Source: an uncultured Gemmatimonadales bacterium (GTDB taxonomy: Bacteria > Gemmatimonadota > Gemmatimonadetes > Gemmatimonadales > Gemmatimonadaceae). From it: a DNA stretch of 64,000 nt. Within the stretch, counting starts at the first letter, position 1, and each line of letters begins with the position of its first letter. A model generated the notes under the pieces. That model was given only the letters and a program-made list of their open reading frames with translations. It did not search any database and had not been told where the DNA came from. Positions 10,366 to 21,307 of this stretch are shown piece by piece. Location of the stretch: positions 288,001-352,000 of the forward strand of contig CAWKMU010000004.1 of the NCBI GenBank assembly GCA_963850905.1. The letters are read 5' to 3'. A program made the position numbers and the translations under genes.

Positions 10366-10476
10366 ATATCCTCCTCCGCGCTCCCGCGCGGTCGTATGGA
10401 TATCAATATAACGGTGCAGCACCCAGGCCGGTGGCCGGACGGGGGCCTGGGAAGCCCGACTGGCATCGCCTGTAGT

Positions 10477-10503
10477 CACCCGTCACCCGCCACCCATTAC
10501 CCG
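10477..10503. repeat. (TCACCCG)-type heptamer array
   Basis: cacccgtcacccgccacccattacccg downstream of the DinB-family stop. Confidence 0.65.
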
Positions 10504-10519
10504 GCCCCAACGTGCGCCC

Positions 10520-11035
10520 TCACCCCAAAGCCGGGCTGGTCAACAAATCATGCTGCCAATCCGTCTTGTACCCGTTTTGCCTCAGCGCCGTGGCGAGTTG
10601 CGCCCAGTGGCGGATGCCGTGGAGCAGTGTGTGGGCGACGATCTTGCGCGCACTGGCTGCCTGCGTGCCGGCAGTGAGGGTTTGGAACTCGAGGCGGCGT
10701 GCGAGATCGTCGTCGGTCGCGGTCGCCAGGTACTGCTCGAGACGCTCGCGTGAGTCACGGCCGCCCGCAAAGAGCGATGCGATGCTCGTCGCGTCGATGA
10801 TCTCGTACGTGCTCACCGGCTGGTCCTGCAGCCGGTCAGCGTAGCGGCGCTCGACGGCGAAGATGTGCTGCAGCAGTCCGCGAAGGGACGCGGTCCGCCC
10901 TTCGCCCACCGGGACGTCGAGAATCGACTCGGGCTGCTTGGCGAGCCAGCTCTCCCACCGCTCGGTCTCGGTCGCGGTGTAGTCGAGCAACTCGCGGAAC
11001 GTGAGTGATTGGGTGGCAGTCTGTGTGAGAGGCAT
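10520..11035 (-). CDS. DinB/YfiT family protein
   Basis: SLRGLLQHIFAVE...HTLLHGIRHWAQLATALRQ, three-His pattern. Confidence 0.85.
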   Translation of the reverse strand: MPLTQTATQSLTFRELLDYTATETERWESWLAKQPESILDVPVGEGRTASLRGLLQHIFAVERRYADRLQDQPVSTYEIIDATSIASLFAGGRDSRERLEQYLATATDDDLARRLEFQTLTAGTQAASARKIVAHTLLHGIRHWAQLATALRQNGYKTDWQHDLLTSPALG

Positions 11036-11062
11036 GGCGTGAAAGGGTTCAGGGTCGAGAGG

Positions 11063-11600
11063 TCATCGGCTCATCTCGGACGTTTCCGAGGTCCGCGCGG
11101 CGAGCAAGTACGCGAGCCGATCGTATGTGGTCCACAGCGACGCGGCCATTGGTGTTCTGAGCACCCGGTTTCGGATCTCCCGTGAATCATAGCGCATCGT
11201 GAGCGTGAGGGTCGTCCTGCCGCGGCGCTCGGCCAGCGTTTCGGTGAGCAGCGCTTCACCAGGATACCACGGCTGGTCGACCCGCTCCGTCGCCACGATG
11301 CGCTCGAGCGGCGCCACGTCGAGGCACACTCCGCGCACGCCCATCGCGTGGCCATCCGCGTGGCGCCACGCGAAGCGAAGGCACCGCCACTCCACGGATC
11401 GATCTGGCAGTCCGTTATGGACCAGCCAGGAGGCCGAGCAGCCACCGCCTGAGCAGCTCCGGTGTGGTCAGCGCTTCGAATACCAGCTGTCGCCGCGCGG
11501 AAAACGTCCGCGTCATCGCGATCTCTCGGTCGCTCGGCGTCGTCACCATCGCCGTCAGATGCGCCAATAGTGCGTCCAGACGTGCGAGCACTGCATCCAT
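11063..11600 (-). pseudogene. SRPBCC/AHSA1 family protein split by two single-base deletions
   Basis: Three frames give TPSDREIAMTRTFSARRQLVFEALTTPELLRRWLLG / PPGWSITDCQID / WRHADGHAMGVRG...PWYPGEAL. Confidence 0.7.
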
Positions 11601-11646
11601 GAGCCTTCGTCTCGACTATAGCCCTTCGGCGCAACTGGGGGCGCTT

Positions 11647-12493
11647 TCAGGTCGTAACGGTCGACGTAGTGGCTGACCGCAGCACGCGATCGAGCACGCG
11701 ATCGACATCAGGGTGATCGGGGAGAGTGAGGCCGAGGGGTCCAACAAGGGCCTCCTTGAGTTCGGTGACCGTCGACAACACGCGGCGCTCAGTCCATCCG
11801 CCGACGTGGTGAACAGCAAAACTCGTGTTGCGCAGGGCGTAGCGGCGATCGCGATCGGCTCGGGCAGCGACGAGGTCCCGTACGAAATGGGACCGAGTGT
11901 TGGTCGAGAGGTACCAGTTCACGACCTCGTAGTCGATCAGCTCTTGCTCCTGGAGGTCGAACTCGTACAGCGCCTTCCACTCTGATGGCAGCTGGGCTTC
12001 CATCCGGTACAACCCACCCCGCGGCGAAGTCAGGCGAAAGGATTCGTGCGGTGTCCTCTGGATGACATCCGGCACGAACGCCACTGGTCCCGTGAGCGTG
12101 AGATTGCCGAATCCGGTGTCCGCAACGAATGGACCGTCTGCCAGATCGACACGCAGGAGCATATGGCTCCGTGGAAGCACGCCGCCCGAAGATCCATACC
12201 ACATCACGCGCGCCGCGAGGCTCGTGACGCGAAAGCCCAGGGCCTCGAGGGCATGACGGAAGAGCAGGTTGTGCTCGAAGCAGTAGCCGCCACGACGTCC
12301 CCGGACGAGCTTCTCTTCGAGCGAGGCCGCGTCGAGCTTCGGCACAACCCCCAGGAGCGGGTCCAGATTCTCGAATGGGATCGCGCACGCGTGCGCCAGA
12401 ATGTACTGCCGCGAGCGTGTCCAGCGTTGGACGCCGGTCGCCTTCGTATCCGATCCGGGAACAGTACCGATCGAGGTCGATCGATGGGGTCAT
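11647..12493 (-). CDS. nat: Arylamine N-acetyltransferase; frameshift at 12400-12401 (probable artefact)
   Basis: DLDRYCSRIGY...PTLDTL...IPFENLD...RRGGYCFEHN...SHMLL...ADTGFG (Cys-His-Asp triad). Confidence 0.92.
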
Positions 12494-12524
12494 TGCCGCA
12501 GCTCCCCTCCCCTTCCCCGCTGCC

Positions 12525-13299
12525 TCAGCGCACCGACCCATTGCAGCACCCGCCGCCGCAGCTGACCCAGGACGAGTTGGTCACCTTCTTGAAAATCGGG
12601 GTTCCACCACCGGGCCCATGGCCGTGTGTAGTCGCAGTGTCGATCACAAACACCAAGTGCTTGTCCCAGTCTGCCGGTGGTGCACTCGGCACCGTCGAAT
12701 CCGCGTGCCAGGCGAAAAGGCTGTCGGTCGCGAGGGTCTGTATGATCAGGGCTCTGATGGGTGTGGTTCGTATCCACCAATACGTAGTGAGACCGCCACT
12801 TTCTCCAATTCGTCGCGCCGCCGGAGATATCGACCCACCAGACGATGACGGAGTCCGGCATATTGGGCTGCAGCGGCAGGTCCGGGAGCGTGGTGGTATC
12901 CGCATTGCCGATGATCGCCATGACCCGCACAGGGTAGGCCCCCGACGTCGGCATGTCGGTTGTCATCGAGCCGTTCGGCTCGCCCTGGAGCTTCGAGGCG
13001 CCCGCTTCCGACGCGATGGTGAGGTGGATCGGCAGGCTGTCTGATGGTCGGATGGGGTAATGCCCGGGCGCGCTGGGCAAAAACGTGATCGCCCTGACCT
13101 GAGCGGCAAACTCTGGATGCGACGGGTCTGGCGCGTAGGTCAGCCACGGAGAAGACGTTGGAGGCGGCGGGGGCGGGGGCGCTTTCTTCCCTTCCCGACA
13201 CGCGGACACAACACACACGACTGCGGCCGCGCACACAATTCGGCGACTCGTTCCTGCGCCTGCGGACAGCACAGCGTGGTAGCGGTCTCGCTTCGGCAT
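12525..13299 (-). CDS. Hypothetical lipoprotein with poly-Pro linker and C-terminal WVSCGGGCC; frameshift near 12760
   Basis: SD AAGGAGAGG, lipobox VVSAC, PPPPPPP; removing one base joins to IRALIIQTLATDSLFAW...WVSCGGGCCNGSVR*. Confidence 0.6.
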
Positions 13300-13324
13300 A
13301 TCCTCTCCTTGAAGGGCCATGTTC

Positions 13325-16082
13325 CTACTGCCGACCGGCAACCGAGCACATTCTGCGCCGATCAGCTTGTAGCGCGTCGTCGGCGTGCGACCACAAGTCG
13401 CAGACTGCACCAGCCCAATGTAGGCGCTCAGGGTCGCGCCCCCGCGGATCGAGATCCACCCTGAGAATCATCATGCGCGGCAGCGAGCCGGCGAGTGGCA
13501 CGTCGCTCAGCCACTGGTTCCCCGTTGCAGGCAGGGCGTCGAGGGTTTGACTGAGTTGGATGATTGCCCCCGCGGTGTCCCCTGCCGCACTTCTCACCCA
13601 CGACTCAATGTACGTCGCGTCGAGGCTCGTCGCCCCGGGCACCGCATGGCGCCGCAAATCGGCGAGCGCCTTGAACTCGGTCCGTAGCTGGCCGCGGTCG
13701 CCGGCAGCCAGCAACTGCTCGAGACGAATGAGATAGTTGCCCGTGCTATCCAATCCTGTGACGGCTGCGGGGCCGACAATGGGCGCGGCAAGGCTCATCG
13801 ATCGTCCAATCAATGCGTTGCGGATCTCCGCTCGCTCGGCGTCGCTGGCGTACAGAGCAAGCAATCGATCGACCATCTGTCGATAGGCGCGGATGCTGTC
13901 GGCTCGACCGCCGACGGTTGCCTCGACATAGAGAGCTTGTGCCGCCGTACCCAGCGCTGGCGGGACGTGGTACGCGTGGCCCTCAGCAGTCGGGATGTCG
14001 CCGCCCGAGGTGTCAGTGGTCGACAACACGAATGTCTCGTGAAGCCGTCCCGCTATCGCCGCGATACCGGTGAGCGAATCGCCCTCCTCCGCCGTGTGCA
14101 CGACGGGCCGACCGAGGGTGGTGTCAATGAGCGCACTGGCGGCGGCAAATTGCCCGCTCTTGATCAGCAGCCGAATCAGAAGTCCGGACAGGCTCAACCG
14201 AACAGCGGTCGGCGCACCCGAGCCGAAGAGTGCTCGCGCGCGACCGGCTTCGACGAGAGCCGAAGGTGTGTTCGGCGACGGTGCTCCAATCTCCCCCGTC
14301 GACTCGAGCGCATTCGCGAGCTGCAAATGCGCCAGCGGGTCGTCGGGGAAGTCCCGGGCCCACTCGAGAGCGGTGGATCGGAGCAGCTCACGTTGCCGAC
14401 TGAGGCCGGCGTACGCCGTTGCAGCGGCCGCAGCACGACCACCGACCTTGAGCTCGCTCAACGGGTACGGTATGAACACCAGCGTGTCACCCGCAATGCT
14501 GCCAAATGCGCCAAACAGCGTATCCGTCGACGGTACCGGTCGCCCCAGCTTGTACATGTCGGGCGTCGTGATGAGCAGTGTTGAAAGGCGAGAGAACACG
14601 AGCCCGCGCACAGGCGCGATCGCCGGGTACTCATGTATCAGCCGTTGATAGAGCCGTACTGTGCTCTCTTTGCTCGAGCGGAATCGCCATCCGGAAGCGG
14701 TACGCGAGTCGCGCACGACCACGTCGTCACCCGCCATGCAGTCGGCGAGCATGAGCAGCGCCGGGACGTCGGCCGGCGCGGCGTCCACGACTGGCCGGGC
14801 AGCGTCACATCCCTGGGCGGTATGGTCTTCTGACATCACGAGGAGCGCCCGCGCTCGCAATCGATCAACGCTGTCGAATGCGGCGGCCTTAACCACCGCG
14901 AGCCGTGCCGCCTGTGGCCACTCCGGAATCGAGTCCGTCCCGACAATCGCGCCAGTCTGCGCAAGCCAGAGATTCGCCGCAGGGTTTGTGGGGTCGCGAG
15001 CGAGTGCTCCGGCGAGATCGCGGCGTGCGTCCGAGAGGTGCAACGTCGCCAAGGCCTGTTTGCCACGGGCGACCTGTTCCTCGACCGACGAGTGCCGAAA
15101 CAAGCTGCGTGCCGCCACCGCACCTGCCCCAAGCAGAGCCACCACACCCAAGCCGGCTGCGACCATGCGCCAGGCACGCGCACCAGACAACGCGCGACCC
15201 GTAGACATCGGCTTGGCAATGGCGTTGTCCAACGCCGTGGCGAACTCCCGCGCGGTGGAGAACCGGTCGGCCGGGACACGCTCGAGCGCGCGTGCAACGG
15301 TCGTCGCCAACGCAGGTGACGCGGTCGGCCTGAGCTCGCGGAGCGGCGGTGCATTCGACGCCAGTCGGCGCGCGGCAACGGCCTGTGGAGTCGGCCCCAC
15401 GAACGGGGGGATGCCCGCAAGCATCTCGAACAGCACGCACCCCAAGCTGTAAATGTCGGTCCGTTCATCAATGTTGCGGTCGCCGCTCGCCTGCTCGGGA
15501 CTCATATATGCCGGCGTTCCCACCGCCAGTCCGGTCGACGTGAGCCGGTCATCGGCCGCCTCAGCGACGGCTCGGGCGACGCCGAAGTCGGCGAGCAACG
15601 CCTGACCGCCAGTGAGCAGCACGTTCTCGGGCTTGATATCGCGATGCACCAGCCCCCGGGCGTGCGCGTATTCCAGCGCCGACGCGATATCCGTCGCGAT
15701 CCGAACGGCGTCTGGCATCGGGAGCTGCTTCTGGCGATCCAAGCGCGCCCGGAGGGACTCGCCGTCGACATACGGCATGACGTAGAAGGGTCCGTCGTCC
15801 GTGATGCCCGAGTCGTATAGCGGCACGATGTGCGGAATGTTGCAATTGCGCGGTCAAATGCATCTCGCGCAGGAATCGCTGGTGGCTGAGCGCGCCAGCG
15901 AGCTCCGGGCGGAGGATCTTGATCGCGACAAACCGCTCCTGGACGAGATCCCGCGCGAGCATGACCGTCGCCATGCCGCCTCGTCCCAGCTCGCGTTCGA
16001 AGACGTATCGGTCGCTGATTACGCTCATGAGCGGCACCAGGTCCAGGCCACCCGCCCCGTCACTGAGGGTCCCGACCCCCAT
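13325..16082 (-). CDS. Membrane Ser/Thr protein kinase with TPR-like C-terminal region; frameshift at 15836-15837 (probable artefact)
   Basis: ELGRGGMATV, VAIK, QHPHIVPLYDSG (corrected), HRDIKPEN, ADFG, GTPAYMSPEQ, then a TM helix; start uncertain. Confidence 0.92.
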
Positions 16083-16335
16083 ACAGTACTGCCCAACGGC
16101 GGATGCGCCTAGTAGCGGCATCACGGAATGTCGCCCTTGTCCAAGGGTGGTGGTGCGGGTGATGCGAAAGTCGACACAGCACACTCCGCTGGCGGCAATG
16201 GGTGTTTATGCGGCAGCTGCGCCGAATGAGATAGGACCTTTGCCCCATTGTATTGTGTTCGGTTTCTCGGAGCACGCCCCGTGCTGCACAGCCATTGCTT
16301 CAGGCCGCGCTACGCCCGCCGTTCAGGAGATCCGC

Positions 16336-17100
16336 TCAGCTCGATCTGTTCCGGATCTGGCGAATGAGCGCCGTGGTCTCGGGCGCGGGCTGGACGTCGA
16401 AATCGCGCTGGAGGCGTGATTGAAACGCTTCGTACAGCGTCACGGCGCCCGCACGATCGCCCACGCGACCGAGGAGCGCGAGCGTCTTGCGAACCAGCCG
16501 TTCGTCGAGCGGCGCGAGCGCGACGCTCCGCCGCGCCCAGTCCGCAGCAATGGTTTCTCGATCGTCGGCCTCAGATCGCTCCGCGAGAATCCACGCAGCC
16601 GTCGCTGCCTGTTTTTGGTATCGCGCCCGCGTCTGCTCGAGCCACTCCTGGAATTGAGCGGCCTCGCGTACGAATAGGCCGGGCAAGAGATCGCCGCGAT
16701 ATGCCTCGAGCGCCTGCGCGACGTGGCCCGCAGCGATCGCGTCGGTGAACTCGACCGCATCACACGAGAGCGATCCAGCGGCAATGCCGACCTCCTCCTC
16801 GCCGCGGGATTCGAGCACCTGATCGCCGAGCCCGTGACGAAGCACATGGATCACTTTGCGAAGGGCTCCGCGCGCGTGGGTCTCATCGAGCTCGGGCCAG
16901 AAAAGGCCGAGCAGTGTGTCACGTCAATGAAAGCCGTGCGGTTCAGCCAGTGCGAGAAAGGCCAGCATCGCGAGCGGCTTGGTCTGCGCAATGATCTCGT
17001 CGAGCGGCCGCCCGTTCGTCGCAATGAGCTGGACGCCACCGAGGACGCAGAGCCTCATTCGATCGCGCTCACCGTGCGAACGTTCCCGAGTCCGCGTCAC
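16336..17100 (-). CDS. AfsR/SARP family (BTAD) transcriptional activator; in-frame TGA at 16924-16926 (probable artefact)
   Basis: SD GAGGAGG plus GTG; MRLCVLGG...KPLAMLAFLAL...FH*RDTLLGLFWPE...YRGDLLPG...FQEWLE...PAPET. Confidence 0.85.
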
Positions 17101-17404
17101 GTACCTCCTCGTGCAGTCCCCGCAGACCTCAGCGACTTGGCGACGCGGTGCGAGTCCACTCGCGCGCTTGCCTCGAATGTTGAATCACGGCCGTTCCCCG
17201 TCCGGCGAGCCAAGATAGCGCGCCAGTCTGACCGCGCCTAGCGGGAACGCTGAGGTAACGCCCGCCTCACAGTGACGGCACGGGCCAACCGCAGATTGAA
17301 TCCCGAAGCCTGAATCGATCCCACGACGACACCGCACTGCTTCAGGCTCTTCACGGATTTCCGGTCAACGACTGCTCCTTCACCGTTTCAATCAGGGAGG
17401 TCAT

Positions 17405-17662
17405 ATGTCAAGGCATCAGCGGTTCTACGCGGCGCTCCTGATGGTCGCCGGCTCGGTCGCACTCGGCGCGTGTGGGAGTGATCCGACAGGTGTCCGCCCC
17501 GTGGTCGGGACTCCGCTCGCTCCCGTCCAGCCACTGGGCCAGTGCACGAATGGGGACGTGCCAGCCATGCACAGTGAGGCGATTGTCGAGGCGATTCGTG
17601 GTGCCTCGGCGGCCCGTGCTGCACAGCCGGAGAAGGTGGTCTCATGCGTGAACGCACAGTAA
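17405..17662 (+). CDS. Small hypothetical lipoprotein
   Basis: SD GGGAGG; lipobox ALGAC followed by GSDPTG; two further Cys. Confidence 0.7.
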   Translation: MSRHQRFYAALLMVAGSVALGACGSDPTGVRPVVGTPLAPVQPLGQCTNGDVPAMHSEAIVEAIRGASAARAAQPEKVVSCVNAQ

Positions 17663-17995
17663 CGCACGTCGCGGAAGTTGCGGCCGCCGGCGCCCCGCCG
17701 GCGGCCGTGTGTTCGCCAATGCGAGCTCGACTGCTGGTGCTCCATGCCCGAAGGGCGAGGCGTGTCTCGTGTAGAGGCTGGGCGTGCCTCGCCCATTACC
17801 GTCGAGCGCCAGCGTTGTGACGCTGAGTGTCAATGGGTTACGTGACGAACGGACGTCGCCCGACCGGGATCGATACATTAAGCGGTCATGTCTGCCACCC
17901 AGCGACCTGCTCACATCGCGCTGGTCTACGCCCGGTCGTCGATGCCCGCTCATGCGGGCTTGCAGGAGCCACCAGGTGCCGGAGGGGAATCCCCC

Positions 17996-19168
17996 ATGAC
18001 TACGCCCGCTGCGCACACAAACGACAGTCGCGCCCATCAGCCCATCGGAGCTGCGCGCGGTGTTTCACTCGATGACCTCATCCTCAACTACGACCCGGAG
18101 TCTCCGCAGCAGCGGTTCACGTCCGCAAATCTCGAGGTGGCGTCATCGACCGTCAGCGAGCGGCTGCCCAGCGCCGTAGCCTGGCCGCACGCGCCGCCGA
18201 CCGCCGCGGCGCCCAACCCGGCCCCCGCGGCGACGGATGACCTGTCACGCTTCGCAGGCTTCGACGCCGTGGTCGTCACATGGACGGCCGCCGAGGCCGT
18301 GGCGCTCGCAACTCTGTTCACGCCCGACTATCCCCTCTCGGCGTGGTACGAGTATCGACACAATGTGGCGAGCTACGAGCCACTAGTTACGGGCAGCCAG
18401 GCGCCGTTCAACGACACACGACCCGAGCAGGCGCGTTACTACCGCAGCTTGGGTTTGTACTTCCCGTGCCGCATCGGCGACGCGCGTGTGCTGTTGTTCA
18501 AGTCCGGCTTGCACCTCGACTACGACGGGCCTGCGTGCCCGGTGAAGAAACTGATGGCCAAGTTGGCCCAGACGGTGCGGCCGAAGGTGTTCATTACAAC
18601 GGGGACCGGCGGCGCCATCGGACCGAGCGTGGCCCTCGGGGACGTGCTCATCGCTGTGGAAACGCGATTCGACTGCACAACCCAATTCGAGCATGAACCA
18701 TGGGCGAAGGCGACGTATGCGACGTCGCCGGTTCCCGCCGGTGCCGTGGCGGCGATCACCCCCCATCTCCTCGCGGCCAACGCCAGTCGGCTGCCCAATA
18801 CGCCAGTCCCGAAGATCATGCATGGCACGGGGGCGATTCAGGTCACGACCGACTTCTTCGGCTTCGACGATTCGACCGACTACTACCACCTACAGGGGCT
18901 GGGCCGCGTGTGCGACATGGGAGACGCAATGGTCGGTCAGGCACTGCAGCAGTTTGCCGAGATCAAATGGTATTCGGTGCGCAATGCATCAGACCCCCAG
19001 ATCAGCAATCCGAAGGGCGACATCGCGACGGCCAAGCAAACGGCCGGGGACATCTATATGAAGTACGGCGCGATTACGACGGCGGGGAGCCTGATCGCGA
19101 CGTGGGCCCTCATCGACAGGAGCATCAACATGAAGACGGCGACCGCGCGGTCTACGCGCACGCCATAG
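17996..19168 (+). CDS. Nucleoside phosphorylase-like (PNP/MTAN fold) protein
   Basis: VVVTWTAAEA, ITTGTGGAIG...LGDVLIA, CDMGDAMV, SVRNASD; SD GGAGG before ATG 17996. Confidence 0.7.
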   Translation: MTTPAAHTNDSRAHQPIGAARGVSLDDLILNYDPESPQQRFTSANLEVASSTVSERLPSAVAWPHAPPTAAAPNPAPAATDDLSRFAGFDAVVVTWTAAEAVALATLFTPDYPLSAWYEYRHNVASYEPLVTGSQAPFNDTRPEQARYYRSLGLYFPCRIGDARVLLFKSGLHLDYDGPACPVKKLMAKLAQTVRPKVFITTGTGGAIGPSVALGDVLIAVETRFDCTTQFEHEPWAKATYATSPVPAGAVAAITPHLLAANASRLPNTPVPKIMHGTGAIQVTTDFFGFDDSTDYYHLQGLGRVCDMGDAMVGQALQQFAEIKWYSVRNASDPQISNPKGDIATAKQTAGDIYMKYGAITTAGSLIATWALIDRSINMKTATARSTRTP

Positions 19169-19170
19169 CG

Positions 19171-20850
19171 TCAACTTGACGGGAGCACCACTGTCACCGT
19201 GGTCCCGCGTCCCACCGCGCTGTCCAGTCGGAGCTCCCCGCGCATTGCTCGCGCGAGGTCTCGGGCGATAGAGAGACCGAGGCCGACACCCGGGTACCGC
19301 ATCCCGTTACTCTGCCCGAGCTGCACAAAGGGCTCGAGCACGTACTCGAGCTGCTCGGGCGGAATCCCAATGCCAGTGTCCTGTACCCAGACCTCAACCC
19401 GCGAATCCTGCGGGCGTTCGTGGCCGTTGTGTGGCTGCGCGCGAGCGCCCACCCGAATTACTCCGCCGGCATCCGTGAACTTCGCAGCGTTGGTCGCCAG
19501 ATTGAGCAGAATTTGATGTAGCCGGCCACGGTCGGCGCGAACGGTTAGGGATCGGTCGAATGCAACCCACTCGAATTGCAGCCGTCGCTGCGCGATCTGC
19601 GGCTCGACGCTTGCCTGGACTGCCATGAGCGCGTCGTGCACCAGGACGTCTTCGAGGTCGAGCCTGACCTGCCCGGCTTCAATCTTCGCGAAGCTCAATA
19701 CTTGGTCGATCAGCTTCAGGAGGTGCTCCTCGTTTCGTTGGATGCGCGAGATGTAGTTACGCTGTACGTCGGTGAGCGGACCCTTTTCCTCCAATGTCAG
19801 GAGATCGGCGTACCCGCGGATTGCTGTCAGCGGGGTGCGGAGCTCGTGACTCATGACGGCTAGGAACTGGGATTTGGCCTGATTGGCTTCCACTGCCGAC
19901 GCGTGCAGCGTCTTCTGTTCGGCCACCGCCGCCTCGAGCCCCCGCGTCGCTGTTCGACGCTCTGACACGGAGGCACCCAGCACGAGAAACGTCGCGGCTG
20001 TCACGCCCATGAAAACTTGTAGGGTCAGCAAGCTGCTGTAGAGTGCGGGCCGAGCGAATGGTCCGTACCCCAGGACGGTGGCCCATACGGCAACGAGCGA
20101 GATGATGAAGGTCGCAGTCACCCCACCCGGCTGCCCGAACCTGAGTGTCGCCCAGATCAAGACCGGGAACAACAGGTACACCTCGCCAAAGTGGGCCGCG
20201 GGCCCTTGTAGGCCCGCGAAAATGAACAGGCTTGCGGCAACCGTGGAAGCGCCGAGCGCCAAAGCTTCCAGCACGCGACCCGGGCGAAGGGGTGTGGGTT
20301 TGTAAGTCCACCATACGAGCAGGAGCGGCGCGACGAGAAGGTCGCCAATGAGGTCACCCAGCCACCACGTGCGCCACGTCTCTCCAACTGCCGTCGGCGC
20401 CACGATGCCGCCGAGCCTGAGACTTGCCACGCCAATGGTGGCGCTGAAGGTCGTGCTGATAGCCGCCCCGAGAGCGATCAACGCAAGGACGTCTGCCACT
20501 CGATCGAGGGACCGATCGAATCGCGGGAATAGCCTGAGGGCCTGAACGCCGACGAGCGCCTCAATGGTGTTGCCGGTCCCGATGGCCACTGCGACGGGTA
20601 ACGAAGCACCGGTCAAGACATTGGCCACGACCGCGCCGACCCACACACCTGGCCACAGGCTGGTGCCGAAGGTGAGCAGCGACGCGAGCGCAATCCCGGT
20701 CGGCGCCCAGACGAGTGTTGCGAATCCAGAGACCGCGTTGAGCCTGAGCCCGAGCCGGGCAGCCGCGACGTAGCCTGCTGCCAGCGCCACGAGCCCAAAA
20801 CCATACGTCACCCGGCGCCGGTCGAAACCCGAACTTAAGGCGGCATGCAT
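19171..20850 (-). CDS. MASE1-domain sensor histidine kinase
   Basis: TLVWAPTGIALA, WWLGDLIG (MASE1); SHELRTPL, NAAKFT, DTGIGIP, GLGLSI. Confidence 0.93.
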   Translation of the reverse strand: MHAALSSGFDRRRVTYGFGLVALAAGYVAAARLGLRLNAVSGFATLVWAPTGIALASLLTFGTSLWPGVWVGAVVANVLTGASLPVAVAIGTGNTIEALVGVQALRLFPRFDRSLDRVADVLALIALGAAISTTFSATIGVASLRLGGIVAPTAVGETWRTWWLGDLIGDLLVAPLLLVWWTYKPTPLRPGRVLEALALGASTVAASLFIFAGLQGPAAHFGEVYLLFPVLIWATLRFGQPGGVTATFIISLVAVWATVLGYGPFARPALYSSLLTLQVFMGVTAATFLVLGASVSERRTATRGLEAAVAEQKTLHASAVEANQAKSQFLAVMSHELRTPLTAIRGYADLLTLEEKGPLTDVQRNYISRIQRNEEHLLKLIDQVLSFAKIEAGQVRLDLEDVLVHDALMAVQASVEPQIAQRRLQFEWVAFDRSLTVRADRGRLHQILLNLATNAAKFTDAGGVIRVGARAQPHNGHERPQDSRVEVWVQDTGIGIPPEQLEYVLEPFVQLGQSNGMRYPGVGLGLSIARDLARAMRGELRLDSAVGRGTTVTVVLPSS

Positions 20851-20943
20851 CTGCACAACGATAGTCCGCGGGGCAAACGCCGCAACGGCGAATAGGCCTG
20901 CTGGCCTGCAAGACCTGACCGCCGCTCCCCCGCGGAGGGCCGA

Positions 20944-21297
20944 CTACTTCGCCCGATCGCCTCTCTTGTCGTAGGCCGCCACCGCGCGCCTGGGCGCGGT
21001 CAGCCGCCAGGCATCGACGACGAGCACGTGCATCGCTCTCGCACCCACTCTCGACAGCCGAACCGTCACCCAGCCGTACCGGCCGACGTACCGCGCGACT
21101 GAGAACGTCCGCGGAGCCGACGCGATGATCGTGTGCTGGTGCTCCTTCCGCGCCTTCACCGTCGCCTCGCGCCCATCGGCGCCCACGATCATGAAGATCT
21201 TGTTCTTCACGCGAAAGGTCGGCGAATCCCACGTCGTGCGCTCGACCGCGCCGGGGAGCGACAAAGCAATCCGCCGAAGGTCGGTTGGCTTTATCAC
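20944..21297 (-). CDS. MmcQ/YjbR family protein
   Basis: IALSLPGAVE...PTFRVKNKIF...YVGRYGWV...AWRLTAP. Confidence 0.88.
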   Translation of the reverse strand: MIKPTDLRRIALSLPGAVERTTWDSPTFRVKNKIFMIVGADGREATVKARKEHQHTIIASAPRTFSVARYVGRYGWVTVRLSRVGARAMHVLVVDAWRLTAPRRAVAAYDKRGDRAK

Positions 21298-21307
21298 GAT
21301 CGACCGC

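Noticed and set aside
16060..16275. Small Cys/His-containing ORF as a RiPP precursor
   Set aside because: No convincing SD, Arg-rich composition and no modifying enzymes nearby.
16924..16926. In-frame TGA as selenocysteine or programmed readthrough
   Set aside because: The expected residue is Arg (CGA), not Cys, and the change is GATG to AATG, matching the systematic error context.
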